Shown: positions 48,750-59,200, numbered from the stretch's first letter. The stretch is 64,000 nt of DNA from a candidate division WOR-3 bacterium (GCA_965649115.1 CBFGJN010000001.1:568-64567); one strand, 5' to 3'. Notes: a model not told the origin generated them from the sequence alone. Translations and numbers: made by a program.

Positions 48750-50207
48750 ATGTTGCTTTTATTTCTTTTTGGAAGTTTTTCATTAATTTTAACTCAATAT
48801 CCATTTTATTTTTTTCCAGCAAGCTTATTTGCTTTTGTTCCACTGCTTATTATAACGAAAAATTTTGATAATAAAAGGACATTTTTTATAAGTTTTCTTT
48901 ATACCTTTCCATTTTTTTTTATTCATTTAAATTGGTTGTACAATTTAGATGTAGGTAAAAGTCTTGGGGTTTTATTAGTGATTGGTGTTAGTTTTATGAT
49001 AATTTTAAGAACAATTTTATTTTGTATTTGGTTTTTATTATTTAGAAAATCAAAAAGTCCTATTATTTTTGGACTTTCATTTACAGTCTATGAATGGATT
49101 ATTTCATATTGGTTATTTGATTTATCACTTCCTTGGGCAAATTATTATTATTCATCACTTGGTTTTTTAATATATGCTCAAATTAGTTCAGTTTTTGGTC
49201 CTCATTTCATAACATTTTCTCTTATTACATTCAATTATGCACTTTATCTCTCAATTGAAAGAAGGATTAATATATTGCCATATTCATTTTTTATACTAAT
49301 TATAGTAATTTTTGGTATCTTTTGGAAGAATTTTAAAATTAAAGAAAATGATTATTTAAGAGTTGCTATTATTCAACCAAATGTCCTTCCAAGATATGCT
49401 TATGACCCGATGGAATGGAAAGAGACAAGAGAAGCATTTTCAATTCTATTAGATTCCATAAAAAATAAAAATTATGATATTTTAGTTTTGTCTGAATCAG
49501 CAATACCTGGAATTTATCCTCAAAATTATTGGAATTTTGAACTTGTTAATAAAATTTTAAAAGAAACAAAAAGGCCAATTCTAATGGGAAGTGCTCGTGA
49601 GGAAGATGGTAATTATTATAATACAGCTCTTTTAATTGATACAACTGGAAAAATTGTTGATTTTTATGATAAAGTTCATATTGTTCCTTTTGGTGAAAAT
49701 CTACCATTTTATGAATATCTTCCAAATTTTATTAAAAATTTAGATTTAGGTCAAGGCAATTACAAGAAGGGAAAATTTTTCAAACCTATTAATTTTAATG
49801 AACAAAAAATTGGTGTTATGATATGTTATGAAAGTATATTTCCTGAAATTTCAAGAAGCTTAGTTAGGAATGGTTCAAATGTTCTTTTTGTTATAACGAA
49901 TGACGGATGGTTTGGTCCTTCAACAGGACCAAGAGAACATTATTTATTTTCAAAATTGAGAGCTATTGAAACAGGAAAATTCATTGTTAGGAGTGCAAAG
50001 ACTGGTATTTCTGCTATTATAAATGATAAGGGAGAGACAATTAAGGAGATAGATTTATTTAAAAGAGGATATTTAATTGAAAATGTTCCAACTAATGACT
50101 ATAAAACATTATATTCTTATATTGGAGAATCTTGGATTTTCGTTATTTTCTTGCTTTTAGTGATTTTAAAATTTCTTCAAATTTTCCATAAAAATTCTCA
50201 TAACTAA
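48750..50207 (+). CDS. lnt: Apolipoprotein N-acyltransferase
   Basis: N-terminal TM domain plus a C-N hydrolase domain (ICYESIFPE with catalytic Cys; E…K…C triad). The likely start is at 48750 after an AAGGGAG RBS rather than at 48714. Confidence 0.85.
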   Translation: MLLLFLFGSFSLILTQYPFYFFPASLFAFVPLLIITKNFDNKRTFFISFLYTFPFFFIHLNWLYNLDVGKSLGVLLVIGVSFMIILRTILFCIWFLLFRKSKSPIIFGLSFTVYEWIISYWLFDLSLPWANYYYSSLGFLIYAQISSVFGPHFITFSLITFNYALYLSIERRINILPYSFFILIIVIFGIFWKNFKIKENDYLRVAIIQPNVLPRYAYDPMEWKETREAFSILLDSIKNKNYDILVLSESAIPGIYPQNYWNFELVNKILKETKRPILMGSAREEDGNYYNTALLIDTTGKIVDFYDKVHIVPFGENLPFYEYLPNFIKNLDLGQGNYKKGKFFKPINFNEQKIGVMICYESIFPEISRSLVRNGSNVLFVITNDGWFGPSTGPREHYLFSKLRAIETGKFIVRSAKTGISAIINDKGETIKEIDLFKRGYLIENVPTNDYKTLYSYIGESWIFVIFLLLVILKFLQIFHKNSHN

Positions 50208-51057
50208 ATAATTTAATAAATAATTCTTTTTGATTGAAATCTTCAATTTCAGAGTTTTTAATATAATTTGCGATTTGTTCTATACTATCAAAACACCATT
50301 CATATTTACTAACTAATTGTAAAATCTCAAAAGCTCCACCTGCACTACTTAGGGTTAAAACAGGAACACCATAATAGAGTGATTCTAAACAAACAAAAGG
50401 AAATGCTTCATAATAACTTGTTATTATAATTGCTTTTGCCTTATTAATAAATTCATAAACATTATTGACATATCCAAAAAATTTAATGTTATTATAATTT
50501 TTTCCTTCAACACCTAAAACCCATCCCTCATAATTAGGCAATAATTTCATAAGCTCTAAGAATCTATTTAGTCCTTTAATCCAAGCATTTCTTCCAATCC
50601 AAAGCAAAACATTCTCATTTTTATTTCTTTCCATTTTTGGTAATGAATCAAAATCCAAAGGAGAATGTAAAATAAAGCTATTAACATTATAAAATTTTTT
50701 AGCCATAAAACTCATAGAAAATGAAACACTTATAAAATAATCAAAGTTTTTAAGCCAATTTCTAAATTTGATAAGTTTTAGGATATGATAAGGATTAAAT
50801 TCAAATTTATTTAGAATCATTCTTTTAGAAACTTCTCTTAAGCCTTGAAAGTAATAAATTTTTATTTTATTTTTAAAAGGTTCAAAATTAAAATTAGAAA
50901 TATAGCCGTGTAAAATAATAGTATCAACTTCATCTAGGTTTAAAGGTGGTTCTTTTTGTTTTTTCATTTCCCAAATAATTTCACCTTTCCTTTCAAGAAT
51001 TTTTAAGAATGTTCCTATTCCACCTCCTTTTATGTTTGTAATATGAAGAACTTTCAT
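50143..51057 (-). CDS. Glycosyltransferase family 1 (GT4-like)
   Basis: C-terminal GT-B motif EAFPFVCLESLYYGVPVL. Confidence 0.7.
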   Translation of the reverse strand: MKVLHITNIKGGGIGTFLKILERKGEIIWEMKKQKEPPLNLDEVDTIILHGYISNFNFEPFKNKIKIYYFQGLREVSKRMILNKFEFNPYHILKLIKFRNWLKNFDYFISVSFSMSFMAKKFYNVNSFILHSPLDFDSLPKMERNKNENVLLWIGRNAWIKGLNRFLELMKLLPNYEGWVLGVEGKNYNNIKFFGYVNNVYEFINKAKAIIITSYYEAFPFVCLESLYYGVPVLTLSSAGGAFEILQLVSKYEWCFDSIEQIANYIKNSEIEDFNQKELFIKLFSYENFYGKFEEILKSLKARK

Positions 51058-51992
51058 TATTTTAATATAAATTCAGGATTATCCAAAATTCTTTTAATTC
51101 CTTCTTCTATGCTAATAAATTCTTTCTTGTAAAACATTCTTAACTTTGAAATATCAGGGCATCTTCTTTTCATATCACCCTCTTGGAGGGGTGGAAGAAA
51201 AACGATTTGCGATTTTGAATTTGATAAATTTTTAATGATATTAGCAAGTTCTAAAATTGTTATTTCATTATCTGAACCTATATTAACAATTTCATTCATA
51301 AAAATATCTTTTTCAATTGTAAAAATAATTATATCTATTAAATCATTTATGTAAAGAAATGTTCTCGTTTGTTTTCCATCTCCATATATTGTAATTGGTT
51401 CATTCTTTAAAGCTTGTTTTATAAATTTAGAAATTACAAAATCGGGTCTTTGAAGCTCTCCATATATATTGAATAATCTAAAAATTGTCCAAGATAAATT
51501 ATGTTGTCTTGAAAAATGTCTTATATAAGTTTCTCCAAAGACTTTTACAACAGCATAAGGTAATTTTGAATTTAATGGTGTTGATTCCTCATCTTGTGGA
51601 ATTTTAAATGGTTCTCCATAAACTTCTGATGATGATGAAAAAAATAATCTTTTAACATTTGTATAATATGAAAGATGAACAATGTTCTTTATCCCTTCAA
51701 TATCCTTAAAAACAAGCATAGGATTTTCTAATGTTTGTTTGACACCTACAACAGCAGCAAAATGAAAAACATAATCAAATGAATAAGTGTAAAAAATTGA
51801 TGATATTGAATTAAAATCATTTACATCGCAATTTATAAATTTGATATTATCTGCTTTTTTAATTCTTCTTAAATCCCCAAATAGTAAATTATCAACACAC
51901 ACAATAAACCAATTTGGAAACTTTTCAGATAAAGCGTTTGCTAATGATGCACCTATAAAACCTGCTACACCTGTTATAAGAACTTTTTTCAT
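51057..51992 (-). CDS. NAD-dependent epimerase/dehydratase (extended SDR)
   Basis: N-terminal Rossmann VLITGVAGFIGASL and a YAVVK (YxxxK) catalytic motif. Confidence 0.85.
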   Translation of the reverse strand: MKKVLITGVAGFIGASLANALSEKFPNWFIVCVDNLLFGDLRRIKKADNIKFINCDVNDFNSISSIFYTYSFDYVFHFAAVVGVKQTLENPMLVFKDIEGIKNIVHLSYYTNVKRLFFSSSSEVYGEPFKIPQDEESTPLNSKLPYAVVKVFGETYIRHFSRQHNLSWTIFRLFNIYGELQRPDFVISKFIKQALKNEPITIYGDGKQTRTFLYINDLIDIIIFTIEKDIFMNEIVNIGSDNEITILELANIIKNLSNSKSQIVFLPPLQEGDMKRRCPDISKLRMFYKKEFISIEEGIKRILDNPEFILK

Positions 51993-52054
51993 AGTATGAA
52001 ATTTTAAACGAGGTAAAAGATGAAAAATTATTTTAATGAGACTTTTGATTTCAT

Positions 52055-52180
52055 GGGGGGATTGAAGGGGGTGGTAGCCCCCTACTGCTGAAAAATGTGT
52101 ATTTTAAAGGTTCCACCTTGGTGGATGGGTAAAATAAAGAAATAATCTATATTTTAGAATTACTAGACAAAGAAAATAAT
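52055..52180 (-). repeat. Degenerate repeat copy in reverse orientation
   Basis: GGGGGGATTGAAGGGGGTGGTAGCCCCC … GGTGGATGGG … TTTAGAATTACTAGACAAAG. Confidence 0.55.
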
Positions 52181-52212
52181 TTTAAATAATTTTCCTTAAA
52201 ATTTTAAGTTTA

Positions 52213-53100
52213 ATGAAATTTCCAATTTCTTTAATTTTTTTAATCGTTTCATTATTTTTTTATTTTTTGAAAACTGATTTTTCTCTATTTTTTCTTTCAG
52301 TTCATAAATTGATGATAATTTTTATTGTTGGTTCATCGTTGTCAATTTCAGGTCTTATTTTACAAAATTTGTTAAAAAATCCACTTGTTGAACCATATAT
52401 TCTTGGTATATCTTCAGTTTCTGCGCTTGGTTATGTTTTATCAATTATTCTAAACTTAAATGTTGTTTTATCGAATATCTTAATGCTAATTTTTGTTTTT
52501 ATCTGTTTTTTTATTATTATGCTAAGTTATGATAATTCATTTAAGCTTATATTGGTCGGTATAGCAATAAATATGCTATCTTCAAGTTTAATAAATTTTT
52601 TGATGGCAATTTCAAAACAAGATATATTCAAAACAATTTTTATTCTTTGGGGAAATGTTGATAGAATTTTGAAAAAATCAGAAGTTATATTTCTATATTT
52701 CTGTTTTGTAGTAGTTATAATAATTATATTTTGGTTATTTTTAAATCGTAAAAAGCTTTTATTGTTATCACTTTCAGATGAAGAAGCATTAAGTTTTGGT
52801 TTTGATATAAAAAGATATAAAAAAATTTTTTTAATAATAAGCTTTTTCTTAACATCAATTAGTGTGTATTTTGCAGGAATTATTGGTTTTATAGGTTTGA
52901 TTGTTCCACATATTTCAAGGATGTTAAATGATGATAATTATAATTCTATAATTATTGATTGTATAGGTTTTTCAGTATCATTTATTATTCTTTCTTTTCT
53001 AATTTTTAAGTTTCTAAATTTATCTTTACCAATAGGAATTATAACTTCAATCATTGGAACACCAATTTTTATTATAATTCTTTTAAGATATTTTAGGTGA
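52213..53100 (+). CDS. FecCD/BtuC-family ABC permease (vitamin B12/siderophore type)
   Basis: Close block matches to BtuC: LQNLLKNPLVEPYILG, LWGNVDR, AGIIGFIGLIVPHISRML and LPIGIITSIIGTPIF. Confidence 0.8.
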   Translation: MKFPISLIFLIVSLFFYFLKTDFSLFFLSVHKLMIIFIVGSSLSISGLILQNLLKNPLVEPYILGISSVSALGYVLSIILNLNVVLSNILMLIFVFICFFIIMLSYDNSFKLILVGIAINMLSSSLINFLMAISKQDIFKTIFILWGNVDRILKKSEVIFLYFCFVVVIIIIFWLFLNRKKLLLLSLSDEEALSFGFDIKRYKKIFLIISFFLTSISVYFAGIIGFIGLIVPHISRMLNDDNYNSIIIDCIGFSVSFIILSFLIFKFLNLSLPIGIITSIIGTPIFIIILLRYFR

Positions 53101-53130
53101 TAATAAGAGGCAATGCTTTAAAATTAACAT

Positions 53131-55053
53131 ATGATTTTCATAACAACTTCTCTAATAACTTTTAAAGTTAGAGATGCTTTTACATTCTTTGGGGTGAGTG
53201 ATTATAGTGTCGTCGTTAGAGATCCGAATGGTTCTATTTTAAGCTACAAATCTAACAATCCTATATTCAAATTCCAAGGTGATAAGAAAGGTAAATATGA
53301 ATTTGAATTTTACGCTGATGGTTATCAGACATTAAGTACTTATTTTATGATAGACGATACTACCAATTTGGATGTTGATATTTTACTTTCTTCAAAGGCT
53401 TCTAAATTAGATGATGTTAAATTAATGCCTGATGAAGTTCTTATTGAAGGTTATGTTTCGGATAATGATAATTTAAAACCTCTTCCTAATGTAAAAATTA
53501 AAGTTGGAAATTTAACGACTTTTACTAATGAAAAGGGATACTTTTCGATAAGGCTAATTACTTTTAGTCCTTATGAAGATGAAAATTCAAGAGAATATAG
53601 AGTTATATCTGACAGAAAAGATATGTCGTTTTCAAAATTTGGTTATAAGGATTACATTTTAAAAAATGTTTTAATAGTTCCTGGAAGAAAAATTATAAGA
53701 ATTGCTTTGGAAAAGGGTCAAGGCTTTGTTATTAAGGAATATAAACATGGACTTATTGACAGAAAAACTGATGAATATCTTATAAAGGATGGCATCAATT
53801 CAAGTGAAAATGGTATTTATCAAAAAGATAAATTAGAAAAAATTAAAAGTGATAATGTTATTAATGAGACTGATGTTATACCGTTGCCATTTTTTGATCC
53901 ACCAAGTTCAATAAGAGTAGGGACGAATTGTTCTTGTACAAGTTGTTCAAGTGTTTCAGTAATGAGTCTAGAAAATTATGTAGGAACTGGATTAGATGAT
54001 GAGTGGATAGCTGGTTGGAATGCGCAGTCTTTAAGAGCTGGTGCTCTTGCTTATAGGGCTTATGGTTCTTGGTACGTTTTAAATCCTATATCTAATAATT
54101 ACGATATATGTTCTACTGCTTGTTGTCAAGTTTGGAATGCTGATCAATATCAAAGTACAATGAATGCAGCTATTTATACTTCTGGTTTTGCTATTTCGCC
54201 GTCTTCTAATTCGGTTGCAAGGGCCGAGTATTCTGCTGAAAATAATGGACTTGTTGGTCAATTAAATTGTGTTAATAGTTGTCCTTGTGGAGATGGTAAA
54301 GCAGGTTCTCCTTGTGCAGGTTGGCCTTGTATAAGTGATAATGTTTGTTCTGGGCAGGCTTGTTTTGGACATGGAAGAGGAATGTGTCAGTGGGGAACTT
54401 ATAGATGGGGTAATAACGGGAAGTTTTGGGACTGGATGGCGATTCATTATTATTCTCCCAAAGGTTGGCATATTTCAACACCTATGGGATTTACAAATTT
54501 ATCTGCTAATCCAACCAATGTCCAACCTGGTCAAACATTTACAATATATGCAAGTATTTATTCTGGTGCTCAAAATTCACATAATCAAATTATGCTTGGA
54601 GCTAGCTTATATGATGGTGCTAATTGGATAAGTGATCCTGCTCATGATGTAAAGATAAATATAACGCCAGGAAATGGAACTTATCAAAGACAGTTTACAA
54701 CACCAAGCAATATAGCAACTAAGTGTTATGATTTGGTAGTTATGATATGGTTTGATATTGATGAAAATAATCAAATAAACTCTCCTGCTGACTTGCCAAT
54801 AGATAAGATAACTAAAACTAATTATATATGTGTTACTGCTGTTAATCAAAATGAAGTTTCAATAGGAGATTTGAAGTTTTATTTGAAGGATTCAAAACTA
54901 ATTTTTAGTGGTTATGGTAGATTTAACTTATACTCCACTGATGGAAAAGTTATAATATCTGATGAAGTAAGGGGTAAAAAGATTTTAAACTTGAAAAGGG
55001 GGCTTTATATTTTAAAGGTAGAAAAAATTATCAAAGTTATCTTAATACCATAA
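53131..55053 (+). CDS. SpoIID/LytB-domain cell-wall protein with N-terminal CarbopepD-like domains and a T9SS C-terminal sorting domain
   Basis: SLRAGALAYRAYGSW…YDICSTACCQVW…MNAAIYTSGFAI…FGHGRGMCQWGTYRW matches the SpoIID/LytB domain. C-terminus RGLYILKVEK. Confidence 0.7.
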   Translation: MIFITTSLITFKVRDAFTFFGVSDYSVVVRDPNGSILSYKSNNPIFKFQGDKKGKYEFEFYADGYQTLSTYFMIDDTTNLDVDILLSSKASKLDDVKLMPDEVLIEGYVSDNDNLKPLPNVKIKVGNLTTFTNEKGYFSIRLITFSPYEDENSREYRVISDRKDMSFSKFGYKDYILKNVLIVPGRKIIRIALEKGQGFVIKEYKHGLIDRKTDEYLIKDGINSSENGIYQKDKLEKIKSDNVINETDVIPLPFFDPPSSIRVGTNCSCTSCSSVSVMSLENYVGTGLDDEWIAGWNAQSLRAGALAYRAYGSWYVLNPISNNYDICSTACCQVWNADQYQSTMNAAIYTSGFAISPSSNSVARAEYSAENNGLVGQLNCVNSCPCGDGKAGSPCAGWPCISDNVCSGQACFGHGRGMCQWGTYRWGNNGKFWDWMAIHYYSPKGWHISTPMGFTNLSANPTNVQPGQTFTIYASIYSGAQNSHNQIMLGASLYDGANWISDPAHDVKINITPGNGTYQRQFTTPSNIATKCYDLVVMIWFDIDENNQINSPADLPIDKITKTNYICVTAVNQNEVSIGDLKFYLKDSKLIFSGYGRFNLYSTDGKVIISDEVRGKKILNLKRGLYILKVEKIIKVILIP

Positions 55054-55060
55054 TTTAAAA

Positions 55061-56203
55061 ATGTCCCTTAAACTTTTGAGTATGAAGAAACTAACCTTAG
55101 CCACTTTGTTGAGCATAGGGGTTGCTTTTGCAACAGAAACGAGAGTAAATGTTCTAACTCAAAACTCAAATAGATTCGGCTATGCGAACTTCCTCTTGGA
55201 TGATGAGTACATAATTCAATTCTATCCTTCTGCTCTCTTCAAATTCCCAGCCCACTTCACTATTGAAGTTCCTAATATACCAAGAAATACAGTTTATGGT
55301 AATTATGATTATGCTTCTGCTTTTGGTAAATATCAAAATTATGGATTTGGTGCGTATCTTGGAAGAGATAGGGTAGGTATTGATTTAGATTTAAATGGTA
55401 ATGTTGATTTTACTGTTGTTCCTATTGATCTTGTAGGAGCTATAAACTTAACAAGTGCTTCCTTTGGTCTAAATTTAAGATTTGGAAATGCCTCAATTGA
55501 TGATAAACAGAATCCTGCAACTGTTAATAGTGCAACTGTAATTGGTTTAAATCCATCCTTAACATTTAATATAGCTGAGAATAGTGCTTTTAACCTTGGT
55601 ATTCCTTTACAATTTGTTAATGGTTCAAGCAAAACTGGTAATACTAAAAACTTTGATTATAAAGATAATAGATTTGGTTTCTTTGGAAGATTTTACAATT
55701 CAAAATTTATAGCTTATGCTTTATATTTAAATAGAAGTCAAAGTTCTGATAATCCAGCGACAAATGCTAACCCTGATATAAAAATTACTACTAATACATT
55801 TTCAGCAGGAGGAGGCTTGAATTTACCAATTTCTGATATTGGATTTGGTATTATTGGTCTTACAGCAAATGTTGAAAGTCAAAATAGGACTGTTGGTAAT
55901 CAAGAAACAAAAACCTCTGATTTCTTCTTAGGATTTCTAATTGGTGGTGAAGTGAAGGCATTAAGAGATAATTTCAAATTGAGAAGTTCATTTACTTATG
56001 ATTTCCTTAGGAATGTAGATGCTAATGTTAAAGCAAGTGGAATTGGTAGTGTTGGTGATTTAACACTTGGTTTTGGATATGAAATTGGATTTATAAGATT
56101 TGATGCATCTGTCTCAACTGAATTAATATATAATGGTCCATATTTCTTAACAGGTGTTCCATCAGGATTTATTCCAAGTATTTCTATTCTCGGAAAATTT
56201 TAA
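55061..56203 (+). CDS. Outer-membrane beta-barrel protein (porin-like)
   Basis: Clear signal peptide (…LLSIGVAFA). Alternating amphipathic beta strands. C-terminal aromatic (…ILGKF). Confidence 0.6.
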   Translation: MSLKLLSMKKLTLATLLSIGVAFATETRVNVLTQNSNRFGYANFLLDDEYIIQFYPSALFKFPAHFTIEVPNIPRNTVYGNYDYASAFGKYQNYGFGAYLGRDRVGIDLDLNGNVDFTVVPIDLVGAINLTSASFGLNLRFGNASIDDKQNPATVNSATVIGLNPSLTFNIAENSAFNLGIPLQFVNGSSKTGNTKNFDYKDNRFGFFGRFYNSKFIAYALYLNRSQSSDNPATNANPDIKITTNTFSAGGGLNLPISDIGFGIIGLTANVESQNRTVGNQETKTSDFFLGFLIGGEVKALRDNFKLRSSFTYDFLRNVDANVKASGIGSVGDLTLGFGYEIGFIRFDASVSTELIYNGPYFLTGVPSGFIPSISILGKF

Positions 56204-56222
56204 GGGGCTTTTGCCCCTTTTT
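56203..56222 (+). terminator. Intrinsic terminator
   Basis: AGGGGCTTTTGCCCCT hairpin followed by a TTTTT run. Confidence 0.65.
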
Positions 56223-56226
56223 CAAA

Positions 56227-57138
56227 ATGATAATTGTTCATGGTGGTGCAGGTGAATGGAATGAAGAAAAATTTAAAATTGCTGAAAAAATTTTAATTAA
56301 AGCAGTAGAAGAAGCATTAGAAATTTTAAGAAAAGATGATGACCCTATAACTGCTTGTGAAACAGCTATTAAAATTCTTGAAGATGAACCTATCTTTAAT
56401 GCAGGAACGGGAAGTGTTTTGAATATATTTGGTGAGGTTGAAATGGATGCAAGCATTATGCGTGGAGATAATTTAAAAGCAGGGGCTGTTGCAGGTATTA
56501 AAAATATTAAAAATCCAATCAGTTTAGCAAGGAAAATTATGGAAGAAACTGAACATGTTTTAATAATTTCAGAAGGCGCTCAAAAACTTGCTAAAACCTT
56601 TGGATTTGAAGAATATAATCCTATTACAGATGAAAGTATTGAAAAGTACAAAAAGGCAAAAGAAAATTTTGATAAAATTAATAGTTTGAAACATATTAAA
56701 GAATTTATGGAAAAATATCCAAATTATTTCATTGGAACTGTTGGAGCAGTTGTTGTAAATAGTAAGGGAGTTATTGTAAGTGGTTCTTCAACAGGTGGGA
56801 CAATTTTAAAATTAAAGGGTAGAGTTGGAGATACACCCTTAATTGGTGCAGGAATATATGCTAATGATGTTTGTGGAGCAAGTGCAACAGGAATAGGAGA
56901 GGGCATAATTAGAGTAAATTTAAGTTCATTTGTTTGTTATTTAGTTAAATTTGGAGTTTCAGTTGAAAATGCTACAAAAAGTGCTATTGATTATTTAACT
57001 CAAAAAGTAAATTTGCCAGCAGGTATTATTGCTGTTGATAAATATGGAAATGTAGGATTTTATCATAATACAAAATATATGCCTGTTGCCTACTATAAAG
57101 ATGGTGAAATTCAAACAAAATTTAGTTGTTTTGTCTAG
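56227..57138 (+). CDS. Isoaspartyl peptidase / L-asparaginase (Ntn-hydrolase)
   Basis: Autoproteolytic GTVGAVVVN site (Thr nucleophile) and GAGI/GGT blocks. Confidence 0.85.
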   Translation: MIIVHGGAGEWNEEKFKIAEKILIKAVEEALEILRKDDDPITACETAIKILEDEPIFNAGTGSVLNIFGEVEMDASIMRGDNLKAGAVAGIKNIKNPISLARKIMEETEHVLIISEGAQKLAKTFGFEEYNPITDESIEKYKKAKENFDKINSLKHIKEFMEKYPNYFIGTVGAVVVNSKGVIVSGSSTGGTILKLKGRVGDTPLIGAGIYANDVCGASATGIGEGIIRVNLSSFVCYLVKFGVSVENATKSAIDYLTQKVNLPAGIIAVDKYGNVGFYHNTKYMPVAYYKDGEIQTKFSCFV

Positions 57139-57250
57139 TAATTCCAATTTCGGTTATGGGGGGCAAAGCCCTCTTAACCCCCGATAAATCAACTATTTTA
57201 AGGACTTAACAATAATTACTGAACAAATAGTTCGGCTGTGGGGCTGAGCA
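57139..57250 (+). repeat. Partial repeat copy (3' portion)
   Basis: TTCGGTTATGGGGGGCAAAGCCC … CCCCCGATAAATCAAC … AAGGACTTAACAATAATTACTGAACAAA. Confidence 0.6.
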
Positions 57251-57262
57251 ATTTAAAGAACT

Positions 57263-58660
57263 TTATATTTTTTCTTCTTCAAGATTAATAAATTTTAAAT
57301 TTTTAGATTTTATTTCTTTTAATATACTTCCAAGTGATTTTAGTGTGTTTTTTCTTTCGTGAAATAGAATTATTGAACCTCCTCTTAATTGGTTAATTAC
57401 TTTAAAATAAATTCCATTTGGACTTAAAAGTTTCCAATCTTCTGAATCATCGTTCCATAAAACTACTTTCATATTTAAGTCTCTTATTACTGAATCCATA
57501 GTGTAGGAATATCTTCCATAAGGTGGTCTAAAAAGGAAGGGTTTAAAACCTGTTAATTTCTCTATTAATTTATTTGTAGTATCAATCTCTTTTCTTATCG
57601 TTTTATAATCTTTAAAAATTAAAACAGGTGAGTGTGAATATGAATGATTTCCAATTATGTGTCCCCTCTTATAAATTTCTAAAACTTCATTTGGATATTT
57701 TTCTATATTCTTTCCAACTAGAAAGAAAACAGCTTTTATTTGGTATTTATCTAAGGTATCAAGTATTTGTTTTGTCCATGGACTTGGTCCATCATCAAAT
57801 GTTATTAAAACTTCGTCTTTGCTATTTAATTGATATATAATATATGGCTTTTTAAGTAATTTTTTGTTTAGTTGAGCATGGACTTCAAAGTACGAAAATG
57901 TAATTAGTATAATAGCAAAAACTACAAATGCTAAAATGTTTCTTCTTTTTATCTCTCTAATTGGTGGTAAGTTCTTCATAATAGGTTTTTTAAAAACATT
58001 TAAAAAGATGTAATTTAGTAAAATATATACAAATAAAGATTTAAAAAGACCCATTTTAAATCTCCTACTTGATGTAATAACAGGATTGTTAATGGTTTTT
58101 ACTTTGCCTATTTTCTTTAAACGATTGCCAAGGTCAATATCTTCGCCTGTTATAAAATTTAAATTAAATCCACCCACTTTCAAAAATGCTGATTTTTTAA
58201 CTGCAAAATTACAACCTGCAAAACTATTATTTCCTTTTATCATTCTTTCAATTTTTAAGACAATTGGTGTAAAAATTTTAAAAATTAATGATGTAAAATT
58301 AAAGACCTCTTTAAATTTTACTTCTCCATTTAAAGCAATTATATTTTCATCTTTTTTAAATTCCTCAACATATTTACTTATCCAATTTCTTGGAACAATA
58401 GTGTCAGCATCTGTTGATAAAATAATATCCCCACTTGCATTTAAAAATCCTGTTTGTCTTGCAAAGGCAGTTCCTTTTCTATTTTCAACAATTACTTTAA
58501 CAGGATAATTTTTTAAAATTTCTAATGTTCTATCAGTAGAACCATTATCAACAACAATAATTTCATATTCTTCTTCATAATCTTGATTTAGCAAAGATTC
58601 TATACAATTTTTTATATATTTTTCTTCATTATAAACAGGAATAACGATAGAAACTTTCAT
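57263..58660 (-). CDS. Bifunctional GT2 glycosyltransferase / polysaccharide deacetylase (PgaC-PgaB-like fusion)
   Basis: N-terminal VSIVIPVYNEE…DADT GT2 motifs, central TM helices, and a C-terminal NodB domain (ITFDDGP, GNHSYSH). The start at 58660 (MKVSIVIP) is preferred over the longer ORF that runs into the repeat. Confidence 0.75.
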   Translation of the reverse strand: MKVSIVIPVYNEEKYIKNCIESLLNQDYEEEYEIIVVDNGSTDRTLEILKNYPVKVIVENRKGTAFARQTGFLNASGDIILSTDADTIVPRNWISKYVEEFKKDENIIALNGEVKFKEVFNFTSLIFKIFTPIVLKIERMIKGNNSFAGCNFAVKKSAFLKVGGFNLNFITGEDIDLGNRLKKIGKVKTINNPVITSSRRFKMGLFKSLFVYILLNYIFLNVFKKPIMKNLPPIREIKRRNILAFVVFAIILITFSYFEVHAQLNKKLLKKPYIIYQLNSKDEVLITFDDGPSPWTKQILDTLDKYQIKAVFFLVGKNIEKYPNEVLEIYKRGHIIGNHSYSHSPVLIFKDYKTIRKEIDTTNKLIEKLTGFKPFLFRPPYGRYSYTMDSVIRDLNMKVVLWNDDSEDWKLLSPNGIYFKVINQLRGGSIILFHERKNTLKSLGSILKEIKSKNLKFINLEEEKI

Positions 58661-58699
58661 AATATATAAAATTTTAAAGTTTAATGTTGATTTTTTTGT

Positions 58700-58903
58700 G
58701 CCTTGTCCAATAATTCTGGAAATATAATTATTTCTATATTTTCCCACCCGCCCTAAAAATAAGCCTTCGGCTTTAAAAAACCCCATCTTTTGCTATGGGG
58801 GGCTCTGCCCCCCATAAAGTGCCCCCATTATTTCAAGTATTTCAATTAATACTTAATAAGTAGTTGATTATCAATCACTTAGCAATAATTATTGGACAAA
58901 GCA
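58700..58903 (+). repeat. Full-length repeat unit
   Basis: GCCTTGTCCAATAATTCTGG … CCCACCCGCCC … AAGCCTTCGGCTT … GGGGGGCTCTGCCCCCC … TTGATTATCAATCA … AATTATTGGACAAAGCA. Preceded by ATTTTTTTGT. Confidence 0.8.
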
Positions 58904-58913
58904 AGAGTTAGTT

Positions 58914-59116
58914 GCTGTGTCTAAGAATTCTGAAAGTATTTATTTTTCTTATTTTGCCCACCCGCCCTGAAATAAAGGCTACGCCTTTAAAATGCCCATT
59001 TTTCGGCTGTGGGGGGCTCCGCCCCCCATTAGATCCCCCATAAAATCAATAGTTTTATTGAAATTTTCGTAAGTCATTGATAATCAAGGATTTAACAATA
59101 ATTATTGGACAAAGCA
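58914..59116 (+). repeat. Full-length repeat unit (tandem to the previous one)
   Basis: GCTGTGTCTAAGAATTCTGAAA … CCCACCCGCCC … AAAGGCTACGCCTTT (stem-swapped hairpin) … GGGGGGCTCCGCCCCCC … AATTATTGGACAAAGCA. Followed by ATTTTTTTGT. Confidence 0.8.
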
Positions 59117-59126
59117 ATTTTTTTGT

Positions 59127-59200
59127 GCTGTGTCCAGTAATTCTGAAATATAAAATAATTCTTTTTCCCCCGAAAAATCAAGAGTTTTAATTAACAATAT
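59127..59200 (+). repeat. 5' fragment of a third tandem repeat unit
   Basis: GCTGTGTCCAGTAATTCTGAAATATAAAATAATTC. Confidence 0.6.
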
